Shown in pieces: positions 8,317-17,303 of a stretch of 48,216 bases of DNA. The notes beneath the pieces were generated by a model. That model saw nothing but the letters and a program-made list of their open reading frames with translations. It did not search any database and was not told where the DNA came from. Both the position numbers and the translations under genes were made by a program. Source of the stretch: Actinomycetota bacterium (GTDB lineage: Bacteria; Actinomycetota; UBA4738; CALAEC01); NCBI GenBank assembly GCA_035641075.1, contig DASQUW010000029.1, positions 1-48,216 on the forward strand. Reading direction: 5' to 3'. Within the stretch, counting starts at the first letter, position 1; each line of letters starts with the position of its first letter.

Positions 8317-9954
8317 ATGAATGAGCCGCGGCACGGAGGTCATCTGCTCGCCGCCGCCCTCGCCGCGGAGGGCGTGAACCACCTCTTCACCCTCTCGGGA
8401 GGGCACCTCGCCCCCGTATACGACGGGTGCGTGGCCGGCGGCATCCGGATCGTCGATTTCCGCCACGAGCAGGCCGCCGCCCACGCAGCCGACGGTTGGG
8501 CCCGGGTCACCGGCGATCCCGGCGTAGCCGCGGTCACGGCCGGCCCCGGAGTGACCGGCGCGGTCACCGCGATCGCCAACGCCCTCCACGCGAACTCCCC
8601 GATGCTCGTGATCGGCGGGAAGAGTCCCGTCCAGGAGCTGGGCATGGGCTCGTTCCAGGAGATGGACCAGGTGACGCTGGTCGGCTCGGTGGCCAAATGG
8701 GCACGGACGTGTTGGGAGACCGCGCGCATTCCAGAATACGTGGCCGAGGCGTTCCGCCGCGCAACCGCCGGTCGTCGGGGCCCCGCGTTCGTGGACGTTC
8801 CCGTGGATGTCCTCGTCGCCGAGTGGCCCCCGGGCGTCGATGTTGCAGAGGGGTACCGAACCGATGCGAGGCCGGTCGGCGATCCGGATCACGTGGCCCG
8901 GGCAGTCCGGGTGATCGGTGAGGCCGAGCATCTGGTGATCCTCGCGGGGTCCGGCGTTCGGTGGTCGGGTGCGGACGAGGCGCTGACGGCTCTGGCGGAC
9001 GCGCTCAAGGCTCCCGTCTTCCTGAGCTCACTCGGTCGCGGCTGCCTCCCTCCGACCAATCGATCGTTCTTCTCGGCGGCCCGCGGGTACGCCTTCGGGA
9101 AGGCCGACGTGATCCTGGCTCTCGGCGTCGACTGGGACTTCCGGCTGGGATTCGGCCGCGGGGCTTTCCTTGAGGGGGTCCGGGTGATCCAGGTGGACGT
9201 CGACGGGTCCCAGATCGGCCGGAACCGGCCGGTGGACGTGGGGATCGTGGGGGACCCGAGAGAAGTGATCGGGCAGCTCCTGGCTGCGGGCGCGGGGAAC
9301 GCCGCGGAGCCGTCGTGGACCGGTGAGGTCCGCGACGAGGAGGAGCGCCTGAAAGCCGAAGCTCGGGCCGGGATGGACTCCGACGCCGTGCCCATCCACC
9401 CGCTCCGTCTCGCCCGCGAGGTGCGGGATCTCCTCGACCGGGACGCCATCGTCGTGGGGGACGGCGGGGACATCGTCGGGATCATCGCTTCGGTCGTTCA
9501 GCCGCATCAACCGGGTCACTGGCTGGATCCAGGCCCGTTCGGTTCCCTCGGAGTGGGTCCACCGTTCGCCGTCGCTGCCAAGCTGGCCAGGCCCGACACG
9601 CAGGTACTGGTGGCGTACGGCGACGGCTCGTTCGGGCTGAGTGCCATGGAGTACGAGAGCGCCATCCGGCAGCAGGTCCCGTTCGTCGGGGTGATCGGGA
9701 ACGACGGCGCCTGGGGGCAGATCAGGGTGGCCCAGGAGTCGCTCTACGGCGAGGGGAACGCTCCGGCCTCGACCCTTTCCCAGGAGACTGGCTACGACCG
9801 GATGGTCGAGGCCCTCGGCGGATACGGAGAGCGGGTCACGGAGCCATCGCAGATCCGCCCAGCTCTGGAGCGCGCCTTCGACTCGGGCGTGCCTGCGTGC
9901 CTCAATGTCATCGTCGACCCCGCGCTCATGAAGCGAACCTCGTACCTGGGCTGA
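8317..9954 (+). CDS. thiamine-pyrophosphate-dependent enzyme (acetolactate synthase / 2-hydroxyacyl-CoA lyase-like)
   Basis: 545 aa from MNEPRHGGHLLAAALAAEGVNHLF. The TPP-binding motif GDGSFGLSAMEYESAIRQQVPFVGVIGNDGAWG is present. Confidence 0.9.
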   Translation: MNEPRHGGHLLAAALAAEGVNHLFTLSGGHLAPVYDGCVAGGIRIVDFRHEQAAAHAADGWARVTGDPGVAAVTAGPGVTGAVTAIANALHANSPMLVIGGKSPVQELGMGSFQEMDQVTLVGSVAKWARTCWETARIPEYVAEAFRRATAGRRGPAFVDVPVDVLVAEWPPGVDVAEGYRTDARPVGDPDHVARAVRVIGEAEHLVILAGSGVRWSGADEALTALADALKAPVFLSSLGRGCLPPTNRSFFSAARGYAFGKADVILALGVDWDFRLGFGRGAFLEGVRVIQVDVDGSQIGRNRPVDVGIVGDPREVIGQLLAAGAGNAAEPSWTGEVRDEEERLKAEARAGMDSDAVPIHPLRLAREVRDLLDRDAIVVGDGGDIVGIIASVVQPHQPGHWLDPGPFGSLGVGPPFAVAAKLARPDTQVLVAYGDGSFGLSAMEYESAIRQQVPFVGVIGNDGAWGQIRVAQESLYGEGNAPASTLSQETGYDRMVEALGGYGERVTEPSQIRPALERAFDSGVPACLNVIVDPALMKRTSYLG

Positions 9955-9957
9955 GAT

Positions 9958-10734
9958 GTGAAAGGGCCCTCCGGAGTGATGGCCCTGGTGCTGGCCGAGA
10001 CCGCGGCTGGCGGGACGGCCTTGCTGTGGCTGGCCGGACTGTGGGGCTCGGTGCGGCGAGGCTTCTTCGTGCTCGTCACCTCCGTCGCCCTCGCTTGCGT
10101 GCTCCTGGCCACGCTGGCCGCGTCCGCCGGTGGGAACGACGCCGGGGCCGCGGGAAGGGCCGTCGTTCGGCTTGGGGTGGCCACATCGATCGTTCTCGCG
10201 CTGTCTCTCGGGGCGCTGATCCTGCGAAGGAACGAGCCCGGACGTTTCTTCGGGCTCGTGGCCGTGCTGGAGGGAGCGGGGATGCTGGTGGCCCTGGCTC
10301 GGACGGTGCCGGCCTCGCTCCCGGTCGCTGTGGCTCTGGTGCTCACCGGTGCGGCCTTCATGGGAGCGGTCACCGATGGCCTTCTGCTGGGGCACTGGTA
10401 CCTGGTCGACCGGCGACTGCCTCGAGATCACATCCAGCGGCTGGCACTGCTTCTCCTGATCGCGGTGGCGGTCGAGGCTGCCGCCGTCACTCTCTCGGGG
10501 TTCGGAGACGCCGGTCTCCCCGCGGGCTTCAACCTCTTCTTGGGGATCGGGGGCGTCGCAACGTGGGTGGCGCTGGGGATGGTTCTGGCCACCGCCCTGG
10601 TGGCGATCCTCATCGTGATCAGCCTTCGTGGAACGCAGTCCCGGGCGGTGCAGGCGGCCACGGGGTTCTTCTACCTCGCGGTGATCACCGCCTTCGCCGC
10701 CGAGATGGCGGCCAAGGTCCGGCTTCTCGGATAG
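9958..10734 (+). CDS. polytopic membrane protein, unknown function
   Basis: 258 aa with about 7-8 hydrophobic helices. It starts 3 nt after the TPP-enzyme stop; an alternative ATG lies at 9979. It is followed immediately by the CPBP gene. Confidence 0.6.
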   Translation: MKGPSGVMALVLAETAAGGTALLWLAGLWGSVRRGFFVLVTSVALACVLLATLAASAGGNDAGAAGRAVVRLGVATSIVLALSLGALILRRNEPGRFFGLVAVLEGAGMLVALARTVPASLPVAVALVLTGAAFMGAVTDGLLLGHWYLVDRRLPRDHIQRLALLLLIAVAVEAAAVTLSGFGDAGLPAGFNLFLGIGGVATWVALGMVLATALVAILIVISLRGTQSRAVQAATGFFYLAVITAFAAEMAAKVRLLG

Positions 10735-11352
10735 ATGGACATCGGCGCCGGCGCCATCGTGGTCGCTTCGGCCGGCATCGCGGCCGTGGCCGGCGCCTGG
10801 TATCTGGTTCGGACGCGGTCGTTGTCGGTATGGCGAACGATGGGGGTGACGTTCGCTGCTCTGGGTGTGCTTTCCCTCGCAAGCGGCCGGGTCCGATGGG
10901 CCGGCAGGATCGAGATCGCTCAGGCCATCGCCATCGGCCTCGCTTCCGGCGCGGTCCTCTACATTCTCACCCTCGCGTTCTTCCGCCTCGCTCGGCGGTG
11001 GGTCGCGCTTCGGCGCCACACCCAGTCCCTGTACCAGCACCGGGAGGGGATCTCCCCGGTGGAGACCCTCGGTGTGGCTGCCTTCGTGGTCTCACCCGGT
11101 GAGGAACTTTTCTGGAGGGGGTTGGTGCAGGACGTTGCCGTCGTCGCGGCCGGCTCCGTCCAGGGAGCATTGGTCGCGTGGGGAGCCTACGTGGCTGCCA
11201 ACGTGGCCAGCGGGAGCCTTCCCATCGTCCTCGGGGCGGCCGTTGGCGGCGCCGCCTGGGGAACGCTGGCGTGGTGGTCCGGCGGAGTAGCGGCGAGCCT
11301 CGCCTCCCACGCACTGTGGACGGCGCTCATGATCACCCGGCCTCCGACATGA
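10735..11352 (+). CDS. CPBP-family intramembrane glutamic endopeptidase (CAAX protease-like)
   Basis: 205 aa. It has the EELFWRG motif, a downstream SHALWTAL histidine motif, and multiple TM helices. Confidence 0.8.
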   Translation: MDIGAGAIVVASAGIAAVAGAWYLVRTRSLSVWRTMGVTFAALGVLSLASGRVRWAGRIEIAQAIAIGLASGAVLYILTLAFFRLARRWVALRRHTQSLYQHREGISPVETLGVAAFVVSPGEELFWRGLVQDVAVVAAGSVQGALVAWGAYVAANVASGSLPIVLGAAVGGAAWGTLAWWSGGVAASLASHALWTALMITRPPT

Positions 11353-12314
11353 GCGGCCTCTCTCAGGCCGGCCGGGATGTCCTGGACGAGGGTCGGTTCT
11401 GTTACCTCTCGGCGACCACGGACCACGGGCCGCACATCACGCCGGTCGTGTTCGTCCTCGACGACGGGTCAGTGTGGGCCACCACCGCCCGAAGCACGGC
11501 CAAGGCCCGAGCGTGGAAGACCGACTCCTCGGCGGCCGGTCTGGTGCAGCATGGTGGGAAGGCAGTGGCCTTCAGGGGCACCGTCACTCCCTACGACATC
11601 TTCGACCGAGCGACGTGGTCCTCGGCGATCCGGCGCGCTCCCAGCCTGATGCGCGCGGCCGCGCGCTTCACCCTCAAGAACGCTCGGTACTTCGCCGGGT
11701 ACGCCCGGGACGTCCGCAGCCTGCCGCTCTCGTGGACGCCCCCGGCCCGGCTGATGGTCTCGGTCGAGCTCCAGGCCGCCGTGGTCCTCGATCTCGAGTC
11801 GGGAACCGTCGAGGACAGATGGGGTCGGTGGGGGAGACGAGCCAGCGGCCGGAGCGCTTTCCGTTCGTCTCGTGGATCGGACCTTGCCGGGCAAGGAGCC
11901 TTCCGGGAGGTTCGAGGGGCGCTCGGTTCTTCCGGTCGAGGCGTGCTCGGGCTCAGGGGCTCGGCAGGGCCGGTCGTCCTTCCCGCGGCGTGGGTTCGGG
12001 CCGCCTCGGAAGGCGCCTACTACGCGGTGCTCCCGCGCTCTTTCCTCGCCCTGGCCGGCGCCAACCTGACGCCCATGGCCGCGTTGGTCCTGGATCGCAC
12101 GTCGGCGTGGCGGGCCGCCAGGATGCGCGGGATGCTCATCCAGGGTCAGGCCGAGGCCTTCTTGCCTGACACTCTGCGCAGCGGGCGAGCCGCCCTTCTG
12201 GCCACGGCCCGCCGTGCGGGTCCGTTGCCGTCGGATCCGGCGGTGGTGAGAGTCCGCCCTCAGCGCGCGATGTGGTGGAAGGGGTGGGCAAGCGGTACCG
12301 TGAGGCGCCGATGA
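11349..12314 (+). CDS. pyridoxamine 5'-phosphate oxidase (PNPOx/FMN- or F420-binding split barrel) family protein, apparently tandem-domain
   Basis: ATG 11349 overlaps the CPBP stop (ATGA). The N-terminal FCYLSATTDHGPHITPVVFVLDDGSVWATT is PNPOx-like, and the C-terminal half repeats the pattern (VVLPAAWV...YAVLP). Confidence 0.7.
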   Translation: MSGLSQAGRDVLDEGRFCYLSATTDHGPHITPVVFVLDDGSVWATTARSTAKARAWKTDSSAAGLVQHGGKAVAFRGTVTPYDIFDRATWSSAIRRAPSLMRAAARFTLKNARYFAGYARDVRSLPLSWTPPARLMVSVELQAAVVLDLESGTVEDRWGRWGRRASGRSAFRSSRGSDLAGQGAFREVRGALGSSGRGVLGLRGSAGPVVLPAAWVRAASEGAYYAVLPRSFLALAGANLTPMAALVLDRTSAWRAARMRGMLIQGQAEAFLPDTLRSGRAALLATARRAGPLPSDPAVVRVRPQRAMWWKGWASGTVRRR

Positions 12315-12754
12315 CCGTCATCCGCCAGTCCACCGTCATCGATGCTCGTCCCGAGGAAGTGTGGAGGGTCATCGCAGATCCCCGGAACCTCCCTCGGTGG
12401 AACTCCCTGATCAAGGCGGTTCGTGGCGTCCCCCCCGACGGCTTGAAGCCGGGGGACAGGTACTCCACGGAGATCGGCGCCCTGGGCGTCAGGTTCAAGG
12501 TATCGGCGCGTGTGCTCGAGATCGACCCGCCACGCTCCTCGATGATCCGATTGTCGGGGCCGCTGCAGGCCACGGTCCGCACGTGGCTGCGTCCCGTGGG
12601 AAAAAACAGAACTCGCCTGGAGCACGAGGTCGACTACAAGCTCAAGGGAGGGCCGGTCGGATCGCTGGTCACCAGGGGGGTGAGGGTTCTGGGGGCCCCC
12701 ACCATCCTGAAGCGAGGCATCCGCGCGCAGAAACGACAGGTTGAGAGGGGTTAG
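12311..12754 (+). CDS. SRPBCC (polyketide cyclase/dehydrase-like) protein
   Basis: ATG 12311 overlaps the upstream stop (ATGA). The 147-aa product begins MTVIRQSTVIDARPEEVWRVIADPRNLPRWN. Confidence 0.8.
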   Translation: MTVIRQSTVIDARPEEVWRVIADPRNLPRWNSLIKAVRGVPPDGLKPGDRYSTEIGALGVRFKVSARVLEIDPPRSSMIRLSGPLQATVRTWLRPVGKNRTRLEHEVDYKLKGGPVGSLVTRGVRVLGAPTILKRGIRAQKRQVERG

Positions 12755-13086
12755 TCGTTCTCTCTCCGCTGCCGCTCCAGCTCCTCGACCAGTCGTCTCA
12801 TCGCTCGCCGCCTGGGCCGCCCGACGAGCCAGGTCACCAGGGACCCGAGCAACGCGCAGGCCAGGAACACCCAGATAAGCCGGATGCGTCGGGTGAAGAA
12901 CACGAAGTCAACGGGAACCCGGCCGGAGTTCTGGATGATGAACAGCACGAAGATGATGAGAAGGAAGAGGCCGAAACCGATCTTCAGCGCAGCGCCGCGC
13001 TGCTCACGGTCGAGCCGCCGCTCCGGCGTTGGCTCTCGTACCCGGTCGTCGTGTGGATCTCTCATACGGCTCTCCCGGTGTCCCAT
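12751..13086 (-). CDS. LapA/DUF1049-like small membrane protein
   Basis: 111 aa with two TM helices (IGFGLFLLIIFVLFII..., IWVFLACALLGSLVTWLV) followed by a basic, coiled tail. The start is uncertain; an alternative Met lies at 13065. Confidence 0.6.
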   Translation of the reverse strand: MGHRESRMRDPHDDRVREPTPERRLDREQRGAALKIGFGLFLLIIFVLFIIQNSGRVPVDFVFFTRRIRLIWVFLACALLGSLVTWLVGRPRRRAMRRLVEELERQRREND

Positions 13087-13157
13087 TATGGTCGCGCGGC
13101 GAGCGGCAGAGAAATCCGCTTGACACTCGGGGCCGCTGTGGCTTCGATGGCTCGGCC

Positions 13158-13778
13158 GTGATCGCGAAACGGGACTCTCGGTCCGTCGACCTCCTGGGCC
13201 CCGCCGTGCTCATCGGCGCCGCCTTCGGCCTCGCCGCGGCCACGGTCAAGGGTCGGGGACGCGTCCTCGACGACCGGTTGTTCAAATGGTTCAATTCCTC
13301 GCTGCGCCGACCCGGCCTCGACCGTTTCTTCAAGGGGATCACCGAGCTCGGGTCGCTGTGGGCGTCGATCGGCGCCGCGTCGGCCATGAGCCTGCGGGGC
13401 CGTCGGAAGGAAGCCGAAGACGCCCTGTCGGCCGCGGCGACGACGTGGGCGATGGGCCAGGTGCTGAAGCGGGTGTGGCGGCGCGTTCGTCCCTACGACG
13501 CCGGGGGCACGTTCCGTCTGTTGATCCTCAGGCCGACCGGAGCGTCGTGGCCGAGCAGTCACCCCATGGTCCTCTTCGCGTTCGTCACGGTTGCCGGTCG
13601 GGATCTTGAATTGCCAACGGTGGCGCGCCTCGGTCTCGGCGCGGTGGCCGGCCTCGTGGCGTGCTCTCGCGTGTACCTCGGCGTGCATTACCCGGCCGAT
13701 GTGGCCGGGGGAGTGCTCCTCGGACGGGCTCTCGGGGACGGGTGGTCGCGGACCATCTCGCCCCGGGTGGTTCGGTAG
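13158..13778 (+). CDS. PAP2-family phosphatase
   Basis: PAP2 motifs SWPSSHP and SRVYLGVHYPADVAGG are present. I prefer GTG 13158 over the listed ATG 13029, which overlaps the divergent gene. A TTGACA at 13120-13125 lies just upstream. Confidence 0.75.
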   Translation: MIAKRDSRSVDLLGPAVLIGAAFGLAAATVKGRGRVLDDRLFKWFNSSLRRPGLDRFFKGITELGSLWASIGAASAMSLRGRRKEAEDALSAAATTWAMGQVLKRVWRRVRPYDAGGTFRLLILRPTGASWPSSHPMVLFAFVTVAGRDLELPTVARLGLGAVAGLVACSRVYLGVHYPADVAGGVLLGRALGDGWSRTISPRVVR

Positions 13779-13788
13779 ACTCGCCGCC

Positions 13789-14766
13789 GTGCGCACCCTC
13801 GCCGCGATCGGATGGCCCGTCCTCGATCGCGTGCGGCTCGGCCCACTGGCGATCTCTCCGCACGGGGTGGGCATCGCCATCGGCTATCTCTTCGGGGCGT
13901 GGTGGATGCTCCGGATCGGGCGCCGCCGAGGAATGTCCGAGGAACATCTTGGCACGATCGTGGTGTGGGCGCTCGTCGGGGCCATCATCGGTGCCCGTTT
14001 CTTCTACGTGCTCGGTCACGTCAGCGAGTTCGACGGCCTGGTCGACATGCTGGCTGTGTGGCGCGGCGGGATCAGCCTGATCGGCGGCATCGTCGGAGCG
14101 ATCATCGCGACGTATCCGATCATGAAGAGGTTCGGATACCGATTTCTCCAGGTCATGGACCCCGCTGCCATCGGCCTCGCGTTCGGCATCGCCGTCGGGC
14201 GCATCGGCGACCTCATCATCGGGGACCACCTGGGCAAGCCGACCTCGTGGGCGTTGGCCTTTCGGTATGAAGGGGGGCAGCTGGCCGGCTACTCCTGCAG
14301 CGCCGGGATCTGTCAGACGACGCTCGCCGGCGGGCAGGCACAGACGATCACCGAGCGCGGCGCCACCCTGATCGGCCCGGACACGCGCCTGCTGGCCGAG
14401 GGCGTGGGCGTCCACCAGACGGCGCTGTATGACCTGTTCATCGCGCTCGGGCTGTTCCTGTTCCTTCGGTGGCTGGACCAGAGGCCCCGACGCGAGGGAA
14501 TGCTCATCATGACGTTCGCGATCTGGTACGGGACCGGTCGGGTCATCACGGACTTCCTCCGCGTCGACAAGACGTTCTTCGGGCTGACGGGGAGCCAGTG
14601 GACCAGTCTGGCTGCGATCGTGCTGTCTGTCATCACTTTGATCCTCTTCGCGAGGAACCCGTTGCCCACTGAGGTCGAGGCGGAGGAGTCTGCTTCCCCG
14701 GACGAAGAGGAGCTCCCCACGACGGCGTTCACTCCGCCCTCCGAACCAGGCGACTCCGGAGGGTAG
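13789..14766 (+). CDS. lgt: prolipoprotein diacylglyceryl transferase
   Basis: 325 aa from GTG 13789. Lgt-like sequence is present: ISPHGVGIAIGYLFG..., VWRGGISLIGGIVGA, GRIGDLIIGDHLG. The upstream part of the listed ORF overlaps the PAP2 gene. Confidence 0.9.
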   Translation: MRTLAAIGWPVLDRVRLGPLAISPHGVGIAIGYLFGAWWMLRIGRRRGMSEEHLGTIVVWALVGAIIGARFFYVLGHVSEFDGLVDMLAVWRGGISLIGGIVGAIIATYPIMKRFGYRFLQVMDPAAIGLAFGIAVGRIGDLIIGDHLGKPTSWALAFRYEGGQLAGYSCSAGICQTTLAGGQAQTITERGATLIGPDTRLLAEGVGVHQTALYDLFIALGLFLFLRWLDQRPRREGMLIMTFAIWYGTGRVITDFLRVDKTFFGLTGSQWTSLAAIVLSVITLILFARNPLPTEVEAEESASPDEEELPTTAFTPPSEPGDSGG

Positions 14767-14776
14767 CGGCGAGCTG

Positions 14777-15886
14777 TTAGCGAGGGGCGACGGTCAGCGG
14801 GAGTGACTTGCCCACTCGGGTCTTCGCCGTCCGGGCGATCTGTGCGGCGATCTCGCGGAACGCGCTGCCGGCGGGTGAGTCTGGATCCCGCGCCACGATG
14901 GGCGTCCCCGCATCGGAACCTTCACGAAGCGAAACCTGAATGGGGACCGACCCGAGGAAATCGGCGCCGAGCGCGCTCGCGGTTTCCTCACCGCCCCCCC
15001 GCCCGAAGACATCCGTGAGCTCACCGCAGTGAGGGCAGGCGAATCCGGCCATGTTCTCGATCACCCCAATGATCTTCATCCTCACGTTGGGGTGCTGCGC
15101 CATCCGCCCGGCCCGCTCCGCCACTTTCCGAGCCGCGTCCTGGGGAGTGGTCACCACCAGCATGGAGCTTCCGGGAAGGAACGACGCCAGCGAGAGTGAG
15201 ACGTCACCTGTCCCCGGTGGGAGGTCCACCAGAAGGAAATCGAGATCGCCCCAGTACACATCGCCGAGGAACTGCTGCACGGCCTTGTGGAGCATGGGCC
15301 CGCGCCAGATCACCGGGGTCTCGTCCGATACGAAGAACCCCATCGAGATCACCTTCACGCCGTGAGACTCGAGCGGCATGATCATGTTGTTGAACGCCAC
15401 CGGTCGGCCCGAGACCCCCATCATCCGCGGGATCGAGAACCCCCACACGTCGGCGTCGACGACGCCAACCTGATGACCCTCGGCCGCCAGCGCCACGGCA
15501 AGGTTGGCGGTCACGCTGGACTTCCCCACGCCACCCTTGCCCGAGGCCACCGAGATGACTTCGGTGTCGCCGTCGGTGAAGAACGAGGTCTCCTCGGGCC
15601 TTCCGCCCCGGAGCTGATGCACCAGCCCCTCCCGCTGCTCCCCGCTCATCTCGCCCAGGACGACCTCGACGCTGTCCACGCCCTCGATGGGGGAGACCGC
15701 TGCGGTCACGTCGCTGTTGATCCGATCCTTCAGCGGACACCCGGCGATGGTGAGCAGGACGAACACGCGGACGTTGCCGCCGTCCACCTCGATGCCCTTC
15801 AGCATCCCGATGTCTTCGATCGGCTTCCCGATCTCGGGATCCAGGACGTTTCTCAGCGCTTCGCGGACCTTTTCTTCGGTTACCAC
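14777..15886 (-). CDS. apbC: Mrp/ApbC-type Fe-S cluster carrier ATPase with N-terminal DUF59
   Basis: 369 aa. The DUF59 N-terminus is VREALRNVLDPEIGKPIEDIGML. It also has the deviant Walker A SGKGGVGKSS and a CPHC motif. Confidence 0.95.
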   Translation of the reverse strand: MVTEEKVREALRNVLDPEIGKPIEDIGMLKGIEVDGGNVRVFVLLTIAGCPLKDRINSDVTAAVSPIEGVDSVEVVLGEMSGEQREGLVHQLRGGRPEETSFFTDGDTEVISVASGKGGVGKSSVTANLAVALAAEGHQVGVVDADVWGFSIPRMMGVSGRPVAFNNMIMPLESHGVKVISMGFFVSDETPVIWRGPMLHKAVQQFLGDVYWGDLDFLLVDLPPGTGDVSLSLASFLPGSSMLVVTTPQDAARKVAERAGRMAQHPNVRMKIIGVIENMAGFACPHCGELTDVFGRGGGEETASALGADFLGSVPIQVSLREGSDAGTPIVARDPDSPAGSAFREIAAQIARTAKTRVGKSLPLTVAPR

Positions 15887-15962
15887 GGCGACTCCAGTCG
15901 AGGTCGGCCTTCGAGCAACATATTATCCTGTTTCTGACCGTGCTAATAGGTGAAATTCCCTG

Positions 15963-16646
15963 ATGGCCGCGGCGAAGACGCTGGAGATCCATAAGGCCCT
16001 CGCCGACGATACGAGGTTCCGCCTGTATCGGTACCTCCGGCTCGTGGGGCGGCCCGTTTCGGTCCAGGAGATGTCCAGGCGGCTGTCGTTGCACCCGAAC
16101 ACCCTCCGGCCTCATCTGCGGCGTCTGGAGGAGGCCGGGCTGGTGACTCGGCAGGTGCGGAAGACGGCCACCGTGGGCCGGCCCCAGACCCTCTATCAGG
16201 CTGTGGAGCCCAGCGGCGACGAGGGGCGTGACTTCCGCCTTCTTGCCGAGATGCTCTGCGGACTTCTTCGGACTCGCCGGGACATCGACCGGGCGGAAGC
16301 CCTGGCCAGGGAGTGGGGGGAGTATCTCGTCTCCCAGGGGGGGCCGAAGCCCGGGGTGCGCCTCCCCGCTCGCCGCAACCTCGCCGCGCTCCAGGACGCC
16401 ATGGCCCGAGCCGGCTTCGACCCCAGATTTCACAGGGCACGAGGGATGGTGGAGGTGACCCTCAGAAACTGCCCGTTCCGGGAGCTCGCCGACGACTATC
16501 GCGAGCTCGTCTGCACGCTACACAAGGGACTCGTGGAAGGGATGCTTGGGGGGCTGAAGCCGCGGGTCACCCTCAGGGAGTTCAAGCCGTTCGTCGAGCG
16601 CGGCGTCTGTCGCCTCCGGATGGGTCCGCCACCCGCCGAGTCCTGA
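15963..16646 (+). CDS. ArsR-type winged-helix regulator with a C-terminal Cys-containing domain (SufR-like architecture)
   Basis: 227 aa. The N-terminal HTH is LADDTRFRLYRYL...VSVQEMSRRLSLHPNTLRPHLRRLEEAGLV. The C-terminal half carries three cysteines (NCPF...LVCTLH...GVCRL). Confidence 0.7.
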   Translation: MAAAKTLEIHKALADDTRFRLYRYLRLVGRPVSVQEMSRRLSLHPNTLRPHLRRLEEAGLVTRQVRKTATVGRPQTLYQAVEPSGDEGRDFRLLAEMLCGLLRTRRDIDRAEALAREWGEYLVSQGGPKPGVRLPARRNLAALQDAMARAGFDPRFHRARGMVEVTLRNCPFRELADDYRELVCTLHKGLVEGMLGGLKPRVTLREFKPFVERGVCRLRMGPPPAES

Positions 16647-16736
16647 CCTACCCCCGAAGAGAACCGCCCCATAATGGACGCGGCCGGCAAGCCAACGGCG
16701 TCCGGGCAGCCGTAAGACACTTAGGGAAGGCGGTCA

Positions 16737-17303
16737 GTGAACGATCGTCCGAGGGGTCCCCTGACACCCCGTGAAGAGCAGGAGTTGATGCAGAGACTCG
16801 CGTCTGGAGACGACGAGGCGGTCCGGGACGTCTATCGACGCTTCTCCCGCCCCGTGTACACCATGGGCCTTCGAATGCTGGGCAGCGAGCAGACCGCGGA
16901 GGAGCTGACCCAGGACGTCTTCCTGGCCGCCTGGAGGAAGGCGGGCAGGTACGACCCGGCCCGGGGGCGTCTCTCCACGTGGTTGATGGCCATCGCCCAC
17001 AACATGGCCGTTGACCGGATCCGCCGGGACGCGGCCCGCCCGCTGAGGTCGGCGATGCCCCTCGAGGAGTTGACCGAGTTCGGGCTGAGCGAGGAGGAAA
17101 GCCTCCTCGATCGCGAGACCGTCCGCCGGGCCCTCGCCGACCTTTCCGCAGGGGAACGCAAGCTCCTCGAGCTCGCGTACTTCCGTGGCTGGACGGCCCG
17201 TGAGATCGCGCTCTCGGACGGCATTCCGCTGGGGACAGTGAAGACGCGGATCCGGACCGTCCTGATCAAGCTCCGCCGGGCCCAGAAGGCGGAAGAGGCG
17301 TGA
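16737..17303 (+). CDS. ECF-type RNA polymerase sigma-70 factor
   Basis: 188 aa with a GTG start. Region 2 is EELTQDVFLAAWRKAGRYDPARGRLSTWLMAIAHNMAVDRIRR. Region 4 is LSAGERKLLELAYFRGWTAREIALSDGIPLGTVKTRI. Confidence 0.9.
   Translation: MNDRPRGPLTPREEQELMQRLASGDDEAVRDVYRRFSRPVYTMGLRMLGSEQTAEELTQDVFLAAWRKAGRYDPARGRLSTWLMAIAHNMAVDRIRRDAARPLRSAMPLEELTEFGLSEEESLLDRETVRRALADLSAGERKLLELAYFRGWTAREIALSDGIPLGTVKTRIRTVLIKLRRAQKAEEA

Noticed and set aside
9028-11040. 670-aa ORF on the minus strand spanning several plus-strand genes
   Set aside because: Its translation is Arg/Gly/Pro/His-rich low-complexity sequence. It is antisense to well-supported genes (TPP enzyme, membrane protein, CPBP protease). 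This is a typical shadow ORF of high-G+C DNA.
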